From Nostoc sp. DedSLP01 (GTDB lineage: Bacteria; Cyanobacteriota; Cyanobacteriia; Cyanobacteriales; Nostocaceae), in contig JAVRCJ020000045.1 of NCBI GenBank assembly GCA_034530875.2, positions 1-54,483 on the forward strand: DNA of 54,483 nt, read 5' to 3'. Positions 1-11,359 of this stretch are shown piece by piece (the stretch's first letter is position 1; each line of letters opens with the position of its first letter). Made by a program: the position numbers and the translations under genes. The notes beneath the pieces are model-generated. The model was given only the letters and a program-made list of their open reading frames with translations, was not told the DNA's origin and searched no databases.

Positions 1-2
1 TG

Positions 3-272
<270 letters not shown>

Positions 273-296
273 TTAGCGATAGCGTCAAGTAAAATC

Positions 297-328
297 GAAA
301 GCGCTCTCCGCAAGGGGGGCGCTTTTTG
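297..328 (+). terminator. Rho-independent terminator after psbA
   Basis: aaagcgctctcc-gcaa-ggggggcgcttttt hairpin followed by a T-run. Confidence 0.85.
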
Positions 329-611
329 ATGTCGATGATTGGCAGTGGTGGGGTGATAGGAGGAAGGCGATCGCCTTTTTGTTTGAGTCAAGCGATCGCA
401 CTTTCAAACACAAAGAAAATGCGATCGCCTTTTGTTGCGTATTCTGGAATTGTTGGTGTTGCGGTTAGAGATGACACTCCATGAAGTAATTAGTCATCTC
501 AACCGTATGAGAAACGTTTGCGATCGCTATGATGAAAATTCCGAACTGAGACGTAACGTTATGTCTCAACCCCAAACCAAGATAGCTGATGCAAGATGGC
601 AACCTAATAGG

Positions 612-1253
612 TTAATGTTCTGGTTCGATTTGCTGTTGAAAATAAGTTCGCAAACCCTCTGCCAAAGCGGGAACCCGAACAGCGCGACGCACTAAATTTT
701 CATCGGCTTCACGCACGTAGATTTGCACAATATCGGCAACTGTGACATTGTTTTCATCCCGACTCACCAGTTCGATTTCATCTCCTACACCAATTTCACC
801 TTCAAGGACTACTGAAAAGTAAATACCACTCAACCGACTGTTGAGAAACCGTTTGACCATATCATCTCGTCCAAACTTGAGATTGAGCTTGAAGCAGGGA
901 AACCGGGGCTGTGTCACCATCACAACGGCCGAGCCAATACGAAAGCGATCGCCAATATTCACCAACTTTTCCGACAATCCCTCAACCGTTAGGTTTTCGC
1001 CAAACGCACCCCAAGGCAAGTCCTCATCTGGAAATTGCTGTCGCCAGTAAGCGTAATGCTCCATTGGATAAGCGTAAACCGCTTTCTCAACACCCCCGTG
1101 AACGGTCAAATCTGCCTGTCTATCTCCGTCTAAATTGAGCGTTCGCAACATCACTCGTCCATTTACGGGCTGCTTAAAAATGCTAGTTGTGACACACTTT
1201 CCCTTCCATCTCATTTCACGCGGCAGTCCAACGCAAACAGAAATCAATTTCAT
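612..1253 (-). CDS. MOSC domain protein (YiiM-like)
   Basis: GDRQADLTVHGG.EKAVY, FGENLT and QPRFPCFKL motifs. Confidence 0.92.
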   Translation of the reverse strand: MKLISVCVGLPREMRWKGKCVTTSIFKQPVNGRVMLRTLNLDGDRQADLTVHGGVEKAVYAYPMEHYAYWRQQFPDEDLPWGAFGENLTVEGLSEKLVNIGDRFRIGSAVVMVTQPRFPCFKLNLKFGRDDMVKRFLNSRLSGIYFSVVLEGEIGVGDEIELVSRDENNVTVADIVQIYVREADENLVRRAVRVPALAEGLRTYFQQQIEPEH

Positions 1254-1551
1254 AGCGCAGCCTCAATAGTAATTGGGAGCAGATGAAGCCCATTTAGATT
1301 TTGGATTAGGAAATCTTTTGTTTTGTTCAATCGGCAATCTAAAATTTTGGCATTGTTTAACTCTATCTGCACGAAACGACCTACTCAACGATCTGTACGC
1401 AATTTCTCGCGCTTCAGTTTTGCGATCGCGCTCAGTACGCTAGAGCGATTTTTAGCAACAAGCATCCACTTACACTAAAATTTCGGACATCATTTCATAG
1501 ATGGTCGCGCTTTTTTCTTGATGCTGTGGTTTGTGTCTGGCTCATTAGCAG

Positions 1552-2361
1552 TTAAACCCACTGAGTATCAAATGCGTCTTGCCCAGTTCCATAAATCAAG
1601 TTCCCGTATTCTTGCCAATTGGCTACTTCTTGGGCTTCAATCTGGGGCGCGTGCAAAACAGCAAGATTTTCTTCTAATTGCTGCCTAGTTTTCGGGGCGG
1701 TGAGCGCCAGACGCACCCCTGGATGATTTAGGGCATAGCGATAACAGTCTGCTGCTGTAGGTAACTTTCCGTGCCAGTTGTGATGACCTTTGAGTAACAT
1801 TCCCCAGCGCGTGCAAGTGAATGCCACCACGGGAATACCAACTTTTTGAGCGGCAGGCAAAACATCTTCTTGTGCCTTGCGATGTGCCATATTGTAGCGA
1901 TGCATCAACACATCACATTGATGATGCTCTATCATTTCTAAAGCAATAGCTCGGTTATGTGTGGTGACTCCCACATAGCGCACAACTTCAGAGTCCTTCC
2001 ACGACCGAAGTTCATCAAGCAACATCTGAACCTGGGTCATGTCATCAGCAGGGGAGACATATTCAATAAAAAATAGATCTACCACTTCGACATTTAAATA
2101 ATGGCGCACAGAGTCAAAGTAATTGCGTAAAGATTGTATATCTCGGTTTTCACTCCCCGTTGCCACCAAGACCTGTTCGCGGTTTGTTAGCAAGAGAGAT
2201 TTTAAGCTACTCAAAAAGTTTTCAGATTCTAAATTGTAAAAGAAAAAGTAATTGATTCTTGCCTCAAATGCCAATAAAACAGTTGTAGCGTCTATCGATT
2301 GCCCTGCTAAACCCAGAATGCTTGCTGGTTGCCCTTGTAGTGTTGATAATTCCACAGTCAA
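1552..2361 (-). CDS. Aldo/keto reductase family protein
   Basis: VRYVGVTTH, DVLMHRYNMAHR and APKTRQQLEENL segments typical of AKRs. Confidence 0.8.
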   Translation of the reverse strand: MTVELSTLQGQPASILGLAGQSIDATTVLLAFEARINYFFFYNLESENFLSSLKSLLLTNREQVLVATGSENRDIQSLRNYFDSVRHYLNVEVVDLFFIEYVSPADDMTQVQMLLDELRSWKDSEVVRYVGVTTHNRAIALEMIEHHQCDVLMHRYNMAHRKAQEDVLPAAQKVGIPVVAFTCTRWGMLLKGHHNWHGKLPTAADCYRYALNHPGVRLALTAPKTRQQLEENLAVLHAPQIEAQEVANWQEYGNLIYGTGQDAFDTQWV

Positions 2362-2474
2362 CTATCTCAGTTGTTAGTTTCAGTGTATTACGCCAGTACA
2401 TACTAGTGAGGACATCATCAATAAATGTTAATTTTGGGGCGGTCGCCTACGACAGGCAGGTACGCCGGGAGCAC

Positions 2475-3263
2475 TTAAATATGTTCTTGTTGGGTTCTCC
2501 TGATGCTAATCGTAGCGGTCAAAACTAGGACAATTGCCAAAACCAACGCCGCATTTCTGAGTATTGAATTATCAAAGTGCTTGAGTGCGATCGCCACCAA
2601 TGCCCAGAGTATTACTCCTGTATAAGCGATGTCTCGACGCTGAATGAGCATAACTGCTGCAAGTGCTGTTGCTATCAATAACATCATTTGAGTCCATGTG
2701 AGAGCAGAAATCCCCCAACCGTTCCACCCATGAAAAGACAAGGCACAGGCTACGTTGACAATGGTCGCCACGCTAATCCAGCCTAGATAAATGCTAATAG
2801 GAAAGTGAATACACCATTTTTTGAACCCAGGTACACGCTTATTGCCAATTTCTAACTGCACATAAACACCAATCAGAGGCAACAGAACCAACAACATTGC
2901 AATTACAGAGAGAGCAAAAAGCCTAGACAAAAACAGATACACCCAGATACTTTGAGCAATACAGGCGATCGCCAACAGATAATCTGTCTTACGTAAATCA
3001 GGCTCATGTCGTTGGTTTGGTAGAGCTTGGTATACCCCAAAAGCAAACAACCCAAGGTAAATCAGCCCCCAGATAGCAAAGGCGTAATTAGCGGGGATAA
3101 TCAGCACATTTTTAAACAAAGTATTGGATATTTCCCCTATGCTCAGTCCATTGAGGGGAAAAACGTTCGATACTATGTTGACAACGAAAGCACCAAAGAT
3201 TGCAGCCAAAGTAACAAGCTGCCGCCAAAGATCTCGGTAATTGCCTCTTGTCGATTGCTGCAT
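2475..3263 (-). CDS. Tryptophan-rich sensory / TspO-MBR-like membrane protein
   Basis: IPANYAFAIWGLIY and SIYLGWISVATIVN motifs, multiple TM helices. Confidence 0.8.
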   Translation of the reverse strand: MQQSTRGNYRDLWRQLVTLAAIFGAFVVNIVSNVFPLNGLSIGEISNTLFKNVLIIPANYAFAIWGLIYLGLFAFGVYQALPNQRHEPDLRKTDYLLAIACIAQSIWVYLFLSRLFALSVIAMLLVLLPLIGVYVQLEIGNKRVPGFKKWCIHFPISIYLGWISVATIVNVACALSFHGWNGWGISALTWTQMMLLIATALAAVMLIQRRDIAYTGVILWALVAIALKHFDNSILRNAALVLAIVLVLTATISIRRTQQEHI

Positions 3264-3412
3264 ACGATGTTAAATCATATCTTTTGTGCTTTTAGTTTAC
3301 ATCCCAAAAAGAGCGATCGCTCTTACCTACCTTAAACCTTTGTAAGGGTTGCATAGGATGACCCCAGCTACCACATGAAATTTACTCGCTCGAAAAAAGG
3401 CAAAGGCGTCTG

Positions 3413-3490
3413 ACCTTAGCTTTGATAAAAGCTGCCTGTAATCCAGATGGAGTGGCGTTGAGTCCCAAGGAAATTTTTTGCTGATATGCC
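3413..3490 (-). pseudogene. Fragment resembling the N-terminal arm-binding region of a cyanobacterial tyrosine recombinase
   Basis: Manual translation AYQQKISLGLNATPSGLQAAFIKAK resembles the YQQxIxLG..AtpxGl segment of XisA-like integrases; short, no start. Confidence 0.4.
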
Positions 3491-3841
3491 TGATAGCCAA
3501 AATTCGATCGGGTTCTGACCCATATTCAAATTTCAGTAGGCCGAAAACTTTTGAAAGTTAACGAAATAATAAAGGTTTCAGGCGATACTTTTGGACTTTC
3601 CATTACAACCACAAGCGATCGCTCTATTTATGCATTTGGAACAGAGGTGCTTGGAAGGTAGATTAGAAGCTGATTTCGGTATATGGCATTCATTGTAGTA
3701 CCCAAAGTGCACCAAATAATTGCATAGAGAAAATAATCCAAGGGTTAGCAAACAATCATGCATAATACATTGCTGGATTAGTGCTAGTTCAATTGATGCC
3801 GGATGGCGATCGCATTAACCAATTAGAAAAGCTTTTGAAAC

Positions 3842-4003
3842 AAAATCATAATTGCTAGCGGTGGCTGGAATGGAACGATAAATCTGTGGCGAGGTAGTTG
3901 GAAAGCACGGCTTGAAGTATGTTGCGATCGCCTCCGCTACCATCCCGTTTTCACAAATCCTGAATCTATTAGACTTATCCTTAATATAAACAAAGTGGGA
4001 TAA
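3842..4003 (+). pseudogene. C-terminal fragment of a WD40-repeat protein
   Basis: Manual translation IIASGGWNGTINLWRGSWKARLEVCCDRLRYHPVFTNPE: last WD blade plus typical C-terminal tail. Confidence 0.7.
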
Positions 4004-4097
4004 TAAAAAACGGAGCAAAAATTATATGTAGATAATATGACAAATCCTTTGGCAAGAATTGAATCACATCCTCACGAAGCAAAACGATTAATTGGAA

Positions 4098-4246
4098 GGG
4101 AGCAACGCGATTTTGTGAGGTGCTGAAACCTGGGACGTATATAGCTTGTTTCAGGATGCGATCGCAACTAAAAAACTAGGCTTTGTTGAGAATATAGGCG
4201 TGTAATTGAGAACCAAACCCCGATCTCACTTTTTCGCGTTGCTCCC
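4098..4246. mobile_element. 149-bp MITE truncating the NRPS
   Basis: Terminal inverted repeats gggagcaacgcga-tttt-gtgag (4098-4119) and ctcac-tttt-tcgcgttgctccc (4225-4246); no TSD visible. Confidence 0.75.
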
Positions 4247-6292
4247 ACCCGAAGTGTAAATTACATAAGCCAAGTTACTAGCTTGCACACCAGCGATTGG
4301 ATTTTGCTGATTCGATTGGGAAATCATTCCCCAGTCGGTATCTAAGCAAACAACACGCCCTTGATGTTGGGGTAATTTCTCAACTAGATGCTCTTGGGTA
4401 AGTAGCACTCTTACTTGAGCGTCTTCTAACATAAAGCTCAAGCGTTCGCTGGGATACTCACTGTCAAGTGGTACGTAAGCCCCACCTGCCTTGAGAATTC
4501 CCAGTAGTCCCACCACCATTTCTAAAGAACGCTCTATACAAATACCCAATAGTGTGTCTGGTTTTACACCCAAGGACTGCAAGTAATGCGCCAACTGATT
4601 GGCACGACAATTCAATTGGTGATAGGTGAGTTGTTGATTTTCAAATACAACTGCTACTGCATCGGGAGTACTCAAACATTGCTCCTCAAACAATTGATGA
4701 ATATATTTATCTTGGGGATACTCTACCTGAGTATTGTTCCATTCGACTAATAACTGATGTTGTTCTGACTGTGTTAGCAAAGATAATTCGCCCACTCTCA
4801 ATTCGGGATTAGCAACTATCATTTCTAACAAAGTCTGAAAATGACCAGTCATCCTCGCAATTGTATCCGCCTCAAACAGATCGCTGTTATATTCCCAAGA
4901 CCCAATTAATCCCTTTTGTGTCTGCCACATCGACAGGCTCAAATCGAACCCAGAAGTACCCCGCTCTACCATCTCTGGAGTCAGGCTAATACCAGGTAAC
5001 TCTAAAGTATCGAGCGAAAAATTTTCCAAAACAAACATCACTTGAAACAAAGGGTTATAGCCAAGAGAACGTTCTGGCTGTAGTGCTTCTACCACTTGCT
5101 CAAATGGTACGTCTTGGTGTGTCTGAGCATCCCAAACAATAGAGCGCACTTGTTGGAGGAAGTCAGAGAAACTTGGATTATCTTCAATCTGAGTACGCAA
5201 CACCAAAGTGTTGACAAAACAGCCAATTAGTGGGTCTACTTCTTGACGATCGCGGTTAGCAAAAGGCGAACCGATACAAATATCATTCTGACTGCTATAG
5301 CGATGGAGTAAAACTGCAAAAGCTGCCAGCAGGGTCATAAATAAGGTGACACCAGACTGTTGGCCCAGGCTTACTAGTTGAGAGGTTAAATCCTTTTCGA
5401 GTTGAAATTTTTTGGTGCTACCAGAGAAACTCTGCACTGGTGGACGCGGATAATCAGTTGGCAACTCCAATAAAGGCGGTACGCCAGCTAACTGTTGTTT
5501 CCAGTAATCAAGTTGCTTTTGTTGAACTTGTTGAGTTAACCACTGGCGTTGCCAAAGGACAAAATCTGCGTATTGTATTGTTAACTCTGGTAAGGAATTT
5601 GGCTGCTCTTTACTAAAAGCATGATAAAGAACTTCTAACTCTTTAAAGAATATTCCCATTGACCAGCCATCTGTAATGATGTGGTGCATCGTCAAAATCA
5701 ACAAGTGAGATTCTGCTTGCTGGCGCACTAGAGTGACTCGCAACAAAGGAGCGATACTCAAGTCAAAGGGTTGGCGAACCTCTTGAGTCACTATTTGTTG
5801 CACTGAAGCTTCTGGTAGACCTTGCAACTCTACTATGGGTATGGCGATCGCTAAGGTGGGCAATATCGCCTGAAAAGGTATGCCCTCTCTCACAACAAAG
5901 GTAGTTCGTAAAGCTTCATGGCGGCGGATAATTTCGTTAATACTCTGTTCTAAAGCTCTCAGTGAGAGCTTGCCCACAATCCGCACTTGTAGACTTTCAT
6001 TATAAAATGGGCTTTCTTTATCTAGTTGATAAAGAAACCACATCCTTTGTTGGGCAAAAGATAGAGGTACTTCCCTATCCCTCGTAACTGGTACCAGAGG
6101 GAAAGAGTTATATTGTGTAGCTGTTTGAGCTTCTTTGAGAAAAGCAAGGATTTCTGTTTTCCGCTCTTTAAGTTCTTGCTGGATGGCTGCTGTCATTACT
6201 CCTTTGGGAGCGCGACAGCTAAGTTGATCTCCATCAATCGAGATTTTGACACCCTTGGTTTGCAGGTTAGTTAAAAACTTTTCTATATTCAT
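4226..6292 (-). pseudogene. NRPS (TubC-like N-docking, condensation, adenylation) truncated at the A3 motif
   Basis: HHIITDGWS condensation motif; A domain ends YVIYTSG then reads MITE-derived GSNAKK*. Confidence 0.92.
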
Positions 6293-6726
6293 ATCCTTAT
6301 TTCCTCATATTCTTCTGCGATCGCCTCAATCAATTCACTCCGATCCTGAGTGACTCCTCGAATCGCCTCAATACTCTGGGCTAAAAGGGCGATCGTCGGT
6401 GCTTTAAATAAACGTTGTAGAGACAACTCTAAAGAAAAATCTGCTTGTAACCGAGAAATCACTTGGCCTGCTAGTAGTGAATTTCCACCCAACTCAAAAA
6501 AGTTGTCGTGAATGCTTAAAGGTGCTACTTTCAGAACTTGCTGCCAACATTGAGCAATTTTGAACTCTATCTCGTTGCGTGGTTCTATCCGCTCCTTAAT
6601 TTCCTGAAAGTTAATTTTACTAATTAGGCTGGCGCGGTCAATTTCACCGTTTTCCAGACAAGGCATTTCAGCCAGTTGTACTAAGTTGCAAATACAAGAA
6701 GTTCCAAAGCGGTCTTGCACTCGCAA
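6289..6726 (-). pseudogene. C-terminal carrier-protein (T) part of the upstream A-KR-T synthetase
   Basis: NFFELGGNSLLA phosphopantetheine motif; overlaps the upstream ORF in another frame. Confidence 0.85.
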
Positions 6727-8990
6727 ATCTGAATTCCTGCTAAGTTATCCTTTTGCTCATCAAGTACAAGTTGCTCATGGAATGTTCCAACTAAATGAAG
6801 TACTCCATCCAGATTTTTACCCCATTGGGATTGGGCTTTTTGAACTATTATTTGCAACTGTTTAAAGTCACAAATATCAACAGCTTCGTAAATAACCTCT
6901 CCCTCAAGCTGTTCTAATTCCTGATATGCCTTCAAGCGTTCTCCAAGAATGTCTGTTTGCTCACTCCAAGTACTTTTATCTGGTAAAGAAGTTCTGCCAA
7001 CCAACAATAGCCTAGCTTGATAATTGTTCAGCAAATACCGTGCAATTTCAATACCTATACCACCCAGCCCTCCTGTGATTAAATAAATTCCTCTTTGTTT
7101 GAACGTAATTGAGGATTTAGGTTCGCTCTTGAAATCAACTTTTTTCAAGCAAGGAACGAAACGCTGTCCATTTCTATAAGCTACCTCTCGTTCTTTAGAG
7201 GAAACTTGCATCTCTTGTAAGATAAAAGTTCCATTTCTTTCAACTTTAGCGAAAGGCAAATCAATGTGGCGACAGTTCAGATTTGGTAATTCTTGAGGAA
7301 TAGTTTTCAACAGTCCTAATACTGCTGATTTCTCGTAAGCTATTGGGTCATCTGGGGAAATAGGTTGGATATGAGAAGAAATAAATAGTAATTGAACAGA
7401 ATTATCAGCTCCCTGAACTTTTGCTAAAGCTTGAACCAGGAATAATAAACTGTATATTCCACGTTCTTGGGCTTGTTCCAAGGCGTCTTCGTTTTTAACT
7501 TCGCCAATATATTGGTCATAATTCCATAGATGAAGTATCTGCCCAATGATAATGTTATCTGTTGCTAGGAATTCGATTAAAAGTTGATAGTGTTCAGCTT
7601 TTCCTGGAGTAATTGTGTAGTGTGAGCGATTGATTTTCAGAAAATCTTCTCCAGGTGAAACAGTGTTGTATGACAGGTTATTTTCTGACAATCTTTGACA
7701 TAAATATGTCCCCAAATCGAATGAATCTAGAAATATTAGAGTGGAATTAATAACAATTAAAGAAGAATTAACAGCAATTGGAGATTTGGGCTGCCATACT
7801 TGATGGTAGAACCAGTCGGGAATGGTATAGCCATGATACTCAGGGAAACTAGCGCACCGACACGATCCAAAGGCATCCAGTTTAAAACGCTTTCTTGGTT
7901 GGAGAAATGACCCATTGAAACTAAGCCGCTTGTCATACCCAAGTGTGTGATGATTGAGCATCACACACTTGGGTATACCAGTGCTGCCAGAGGTCAAAAA
8001 CAAAATTGCTAAATCTTCTGGTTGGCTTTGATGCAATTTCAAATCTGGTTGGCACTCACGCAATTTATCAACAGTTGCAAATTGAAAGTTTTCTAATTTT
8101 AAAAGCCTCGAAAAACTATCAATTTTGCCAGCTAAAGAAGTACTCGTTAGTACAAGGGGTTTCTCCAGCATCTGCCAAGTATTTTGTAATTTGCTTGCGC
8201 TACTGTTGAGTGGTTCGTAGCTAGGGGCGATGGATACTGGCACTGGTACAAAGCCTCCTAGCACACAACCCCAAAAAGCAGATATGAAATCTTGATTATC
8301 TTCTAGTTGAAAAATTACTTTGTCTTGGGGTTTTAGTCCTAAGTTTCTCAAGCCAGCTAAGATTCTTTGGGCATCTTGCCATAGCTGGCTATAGGACTGA
8401 GCTTTCTCAGCGCCATCAGGTTGAATATAAATGATACCTTTAGTTGAATTTTGGGCGGCTCGTTGCAATACTTCCACTAAATTTTTAGGAGCATCTTCGC
8501 TGTATTGCAGTGGTTCTCCGTGACTAATCGCTAACTTTTTTGATGAAGAGAAACTCTTGTTTTCTATCTTTTGAATAGCTGTGGTTGTTTGTGAATTTTG
8601 CTGGCTATATAAAGAGGCAAACGCTTGAGTTTCCCCTAGCAAATCCTCTAAATGTACAGGAGGAATAGTTGTAACTACGGGTTCAACAACTACCGCTACA
8701 CGTTCAATTTCTGGCAATGACTCTAATTTTTCCTCTATGCAATGTATTAAGTCAGAGTCAATAACTTCTAAACTCGATAGAGCAACTTCATCTACCTGAC
8801 CTGTATTTGTTAGGGGTATGGCGGAGACTGGTACAAGTGCTGCGGGTATGAATTCGCTAGGCAAAATTGTTTTTAAATCAGACAATAATTGCTCTGGTGT
8901 AAATAACCCTGATGGAACTATATAGGCAACTATTTCTTGTTTGAGGTTTTGGGTTTGTCTTTCTCTGACTACACAATCATCTACAGTCAA
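6681..8990 (-). pseudogene. Degraded alpha-keto-acid A-KR(-T) starter synthetase (AerA/SpuA-like architecture)
   Basis: ILFLTSGSTGIPKCV A3 motif, frameshift near 7940, jump to TIPDWFY, KR NADPH motif YLITGGLGGIG; KR catalytic half missing. Confidence 0.8.
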
Positions 8991-8996
8991 ATTTGA

Positions 8997-9346
8997 CTGG
9001 ACCACTGCGGCATAGTCGCAGGCATCTGTGATGAGATGAATCTAGTAGAACAAATTAACCGACTCCTGGGAACTCACTCTCAAGAAATGATCGGTGCAGG
9101 TCAAGTTGTAAAAGCAATGATTTTAAAGCGGATGCCGCACTTTACACGGAAGAAAACTTGTAACAAATGGAACATTTTCGTTGGGTGTCGAGAGTACCAG
9201 ACACCCTAACTGCTGCAAAAATGCTGTTAGAGAATATGTCCGAAGAGGTATTTAAAGACAGTGCAATCTCTGGATATTGGATTGCCGCTTGTTGTAGCGA
9301 GTACGGTAATGTACGACAGTGCTGGTTAGTAGTTGAAAGTCAAGCC
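8997..9346 (+). mobile_element. IS1634-family transposase remnant
   Basis: LDHCGIVAGICDEMNLVEQIN...GQVVKAMIL (DUF4277-like), then ADAALY.EENL* and WVSRVP...WLVVES; deletion and stop present. Confidence 0.85.
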
Positions 9347-9620
9347 ATAAGCCAAATCGACTTTGAAGCGTTAAAAAATAAATTTGCTAGTACTGACTAC
9401 CAGAGAACAGAGACTGAAAAACTCAAAACTGCGATCGCCCAAAAACTCCAACAGATGGTGAGGTTAAATAAAAATCGCATCAACTACCTGGACAAATTCC
9501 AGCAGATGATAGCAGAATACAATGCTGACTCACGCAACGTGCAGATATTCTTCAATGATTTGATTAACTTTACTCAGGAGTTGCGTACTGAAGATAAAAG
9601 AGCGATCGCCAAAAATCTCG
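9347..9620 (+). pseudogene. hsdR: Type I restriction subunit R C-terminal fragment
   Basis: SQIDFEALKNKF...QMVRLNKNRINYLDKFQQMIAEYNA...EDKRAI matches the HsdR DUF3387-type tail. Confidence 0.75.
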
Positions 9621-9643
9621 TTCAGTATTAAGCACGTAATCTT

Positions 9644-9736
9644 ACACCGATTTGGAAAAAAGAACACTGGGAAGATGGTTCTAGCAGTTGGGTGAGTATT
9701 GGTGCTTGCGAACAGTTAGGAGAAAATTGTTCTTAA
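9644..9736 (+). pseudogene. moaE: Molybdopterin synthase large subunit 3' fragment
   Basis: Manual translation TPIWKKEHWEDGSSSWVSIGACEQLGENCS*; PIWKKE is the MoaE C-terminal signature. Confidence 0.85.
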
Positions 9737-9813
9737 AACATTGGGTATGGCAAGAAGACAAGGAGAAAGAATTGTTGCAAGTTGTCTCCTTGTCCTCTTT
9801 CTCACTCCTAATG

Positions 9814-10635
9814 TCAATCTCTACAGTACTCCTGTACACTTTTAGCGGAATAGACACTCACTTGCGACCATTCTCTAATCACGAATTCGCTTAAACCGAC
9901 GTGAGGCGATCGCTTGGGGTCGAGTTTTTTCCAATCGTTTTGATTTCCCCAATCGTAAGTATATCCTAGCTGTGTCCACGGATAACGATTCTCTGAAGCG
10001 TAGCGACTTTTAAATTGCTGGTTAAACCAATCTTGATAGGTAGTTGAAACTGACTCAAAGCTATTAGCTAGAGGAAATTCCAGTTCCGCTTCACGGTCAG
10101 TAATGCTAGGATCTTTCGCGGGACGAAATAGCGATCGCGGTTCTACCCACAATTCAACAATATACCTTTTTTTATCTGGGTTGAGATCTGGAGGTAGACC
10201 CAAAACTTGGTTGAGTCGATACTCTAGAGATGTTTCAGTTGTGGGACTATATGTTTTACAGAATTTTTGCAAGTCTGGAACAGCCGTAACCCATAAATCC
10301 CGGTCTAAAAGCATTAATTTACCGACATTATCTCTATATCCGTTAAAGGTTGTCCAGGCTACTACTAAAACACGACTTTTGTCCCATTTGAGGTCGGGAT
10401 TATACCAGACAATCGGAGTTAGATTTCGATAGATTTCACTAGGTTCTGCCTTCTTTGCATCTTCTATTGCATCGAGATACTCTTGTGGTAAGGATGATTT
10501 TTCAGAAGTATTTCCTGTTGTTGATTGCGCTACAGATACAGAATCAACAAAAGCTACAGCAAGGCTGATAATAATAGCAGCGTAAGGGAAAACTCGCTTT
10601 TTGGGGCGATCGCCAGCCTGAATAACATTCATCAA
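9814..10635 (-). CDS. Secreted hypothetical protein
   Basis: 273-aa ORF with N-terminal signal-like segment and YPWTQLGYTYDW block. Confidence 0.8.
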   Translation of the reverse strand: MMNVIQAGDRPKKRVFPYAAIIISLAVAFVDSVSVAQSTTGNTSEKSSLPQEYLDAIEDAKKAEPSEIYRNLTPIVWYNPDLKWDKSRVLVVAWTTFNGYRDNVGKLMLLDRDLWVTAVPDLQKFCKTYSPTTETSLEYRLNQVLGLPPDLNPDKKRYIVELWVEPRSLFRPAKDPSITDREAELEFPLANSFESVSTTYQDWFNQQFKSRYASENRYPWTQLGYTYDWGNQNDWKKLDPKRSPHVGLSEFVIREWSQVSVYSAKSVQEYCRD

Positions 10636-10702
10636 TAGTGTTATCCTATTTAGTTTTGTGATTTAGTTGAGATTAATGCGATAGCAGACACCCTCTCTTT
10701 TG

Positions 10703-10761
10703 TGTAAGAAACAACATCAAGAAGATAGTTCTAGCAACTGGCTGAGATTGTTACTTCTGAA
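10703..10761 (+). repeat. Degenerate second copy of the moaE 3' end
   Basis: gaagatagttctagcaactggctgag-attg aligns to gaagatggttctagcagttgggtgagtattg at 9671. Confidence 0.6.
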
Positions 10762-10951
10762 ATTGTGATTGTCAATAGGCATTTGTCACTTGTAATGACT
10801 GGGAACAAATGACAAATGATTATTTATATTTTGTTGCATTTGTTTACAGCAATTGTCTGGTTCTATTGAGGTTTGTAAATATTTTGGATTACCTGAAGGA
10901 ATATTCCTTTAGACTGAATTTCAATATAAAAAAAGCTGGGGATAAATACAA

Positions 10952-11272
10952 ATGCCTTTGTTAAACCTGTTCTGTCACGAATCTGTAGTTGCTGTTTCCT
11001 TTGTAGCTTGTATCGTTGGACTAGTATTACTGTGGGACAGTAAGCAGCAAAAAAGTGATATCGAAGAAACAGAGAAGATTTTGTTTAGAATGAGCTTTTC
11101 TTATTGGTTGGTCTATTGTATAGCTTTTGGCATAGAAAAAATAGTTTTACCCGAATGGGAATCCGTATTAATGACCTTGAGAATAACTACTGCTCTGTCA
11201 TATCTCTTAACTTTTTCTTGCATCGTGAGTCTGCCGCTACACAAATTTGCAGTACATCGTGTTGAGGAATAG
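10952..11272 (+). CDS. Small membrane protein, unknown function
   Basis: 106-aa ORF with three hydrophobic segments. Confidence 0.7.
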   Translation: MPLLNLFCHESVVAVSFVACIVGLVLLWDSKQQKSDIEETEKILFRMSFSYWLVYCIAFGIEKIVLPEWESVLMTLRITTALSYLLTFSCIVSLPLHKFAVHRVEE

Positions 11273-11357
11273 GGCATAGGGCATGGAGCATGGGGCATTG
11301 GGCAGAGGAAAGAATAATTAATGAGTAATGACCAATGACCAATCACTAATGACTAAT
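11272..11357. repeat. STRR heptamer repeats
   Basis: gggcata/gggcatg/gagcatg and taatgac/caatgac arrays. Confidence 0.85.
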
Positions 11358-11359
11358 TA

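Noticed and set aside
432..695. 87-aa ORF after psbA
   Set aside because: Spans a repeat hairpin (cggttagagatgac...gtcatctcaaccg), overlaps the MOSC gene and has no motifs
9167..9631. 154-aa ORF as a real protein
   Set aside because: It is a chance in-frame fusion of IS1634 and HsdR fragments
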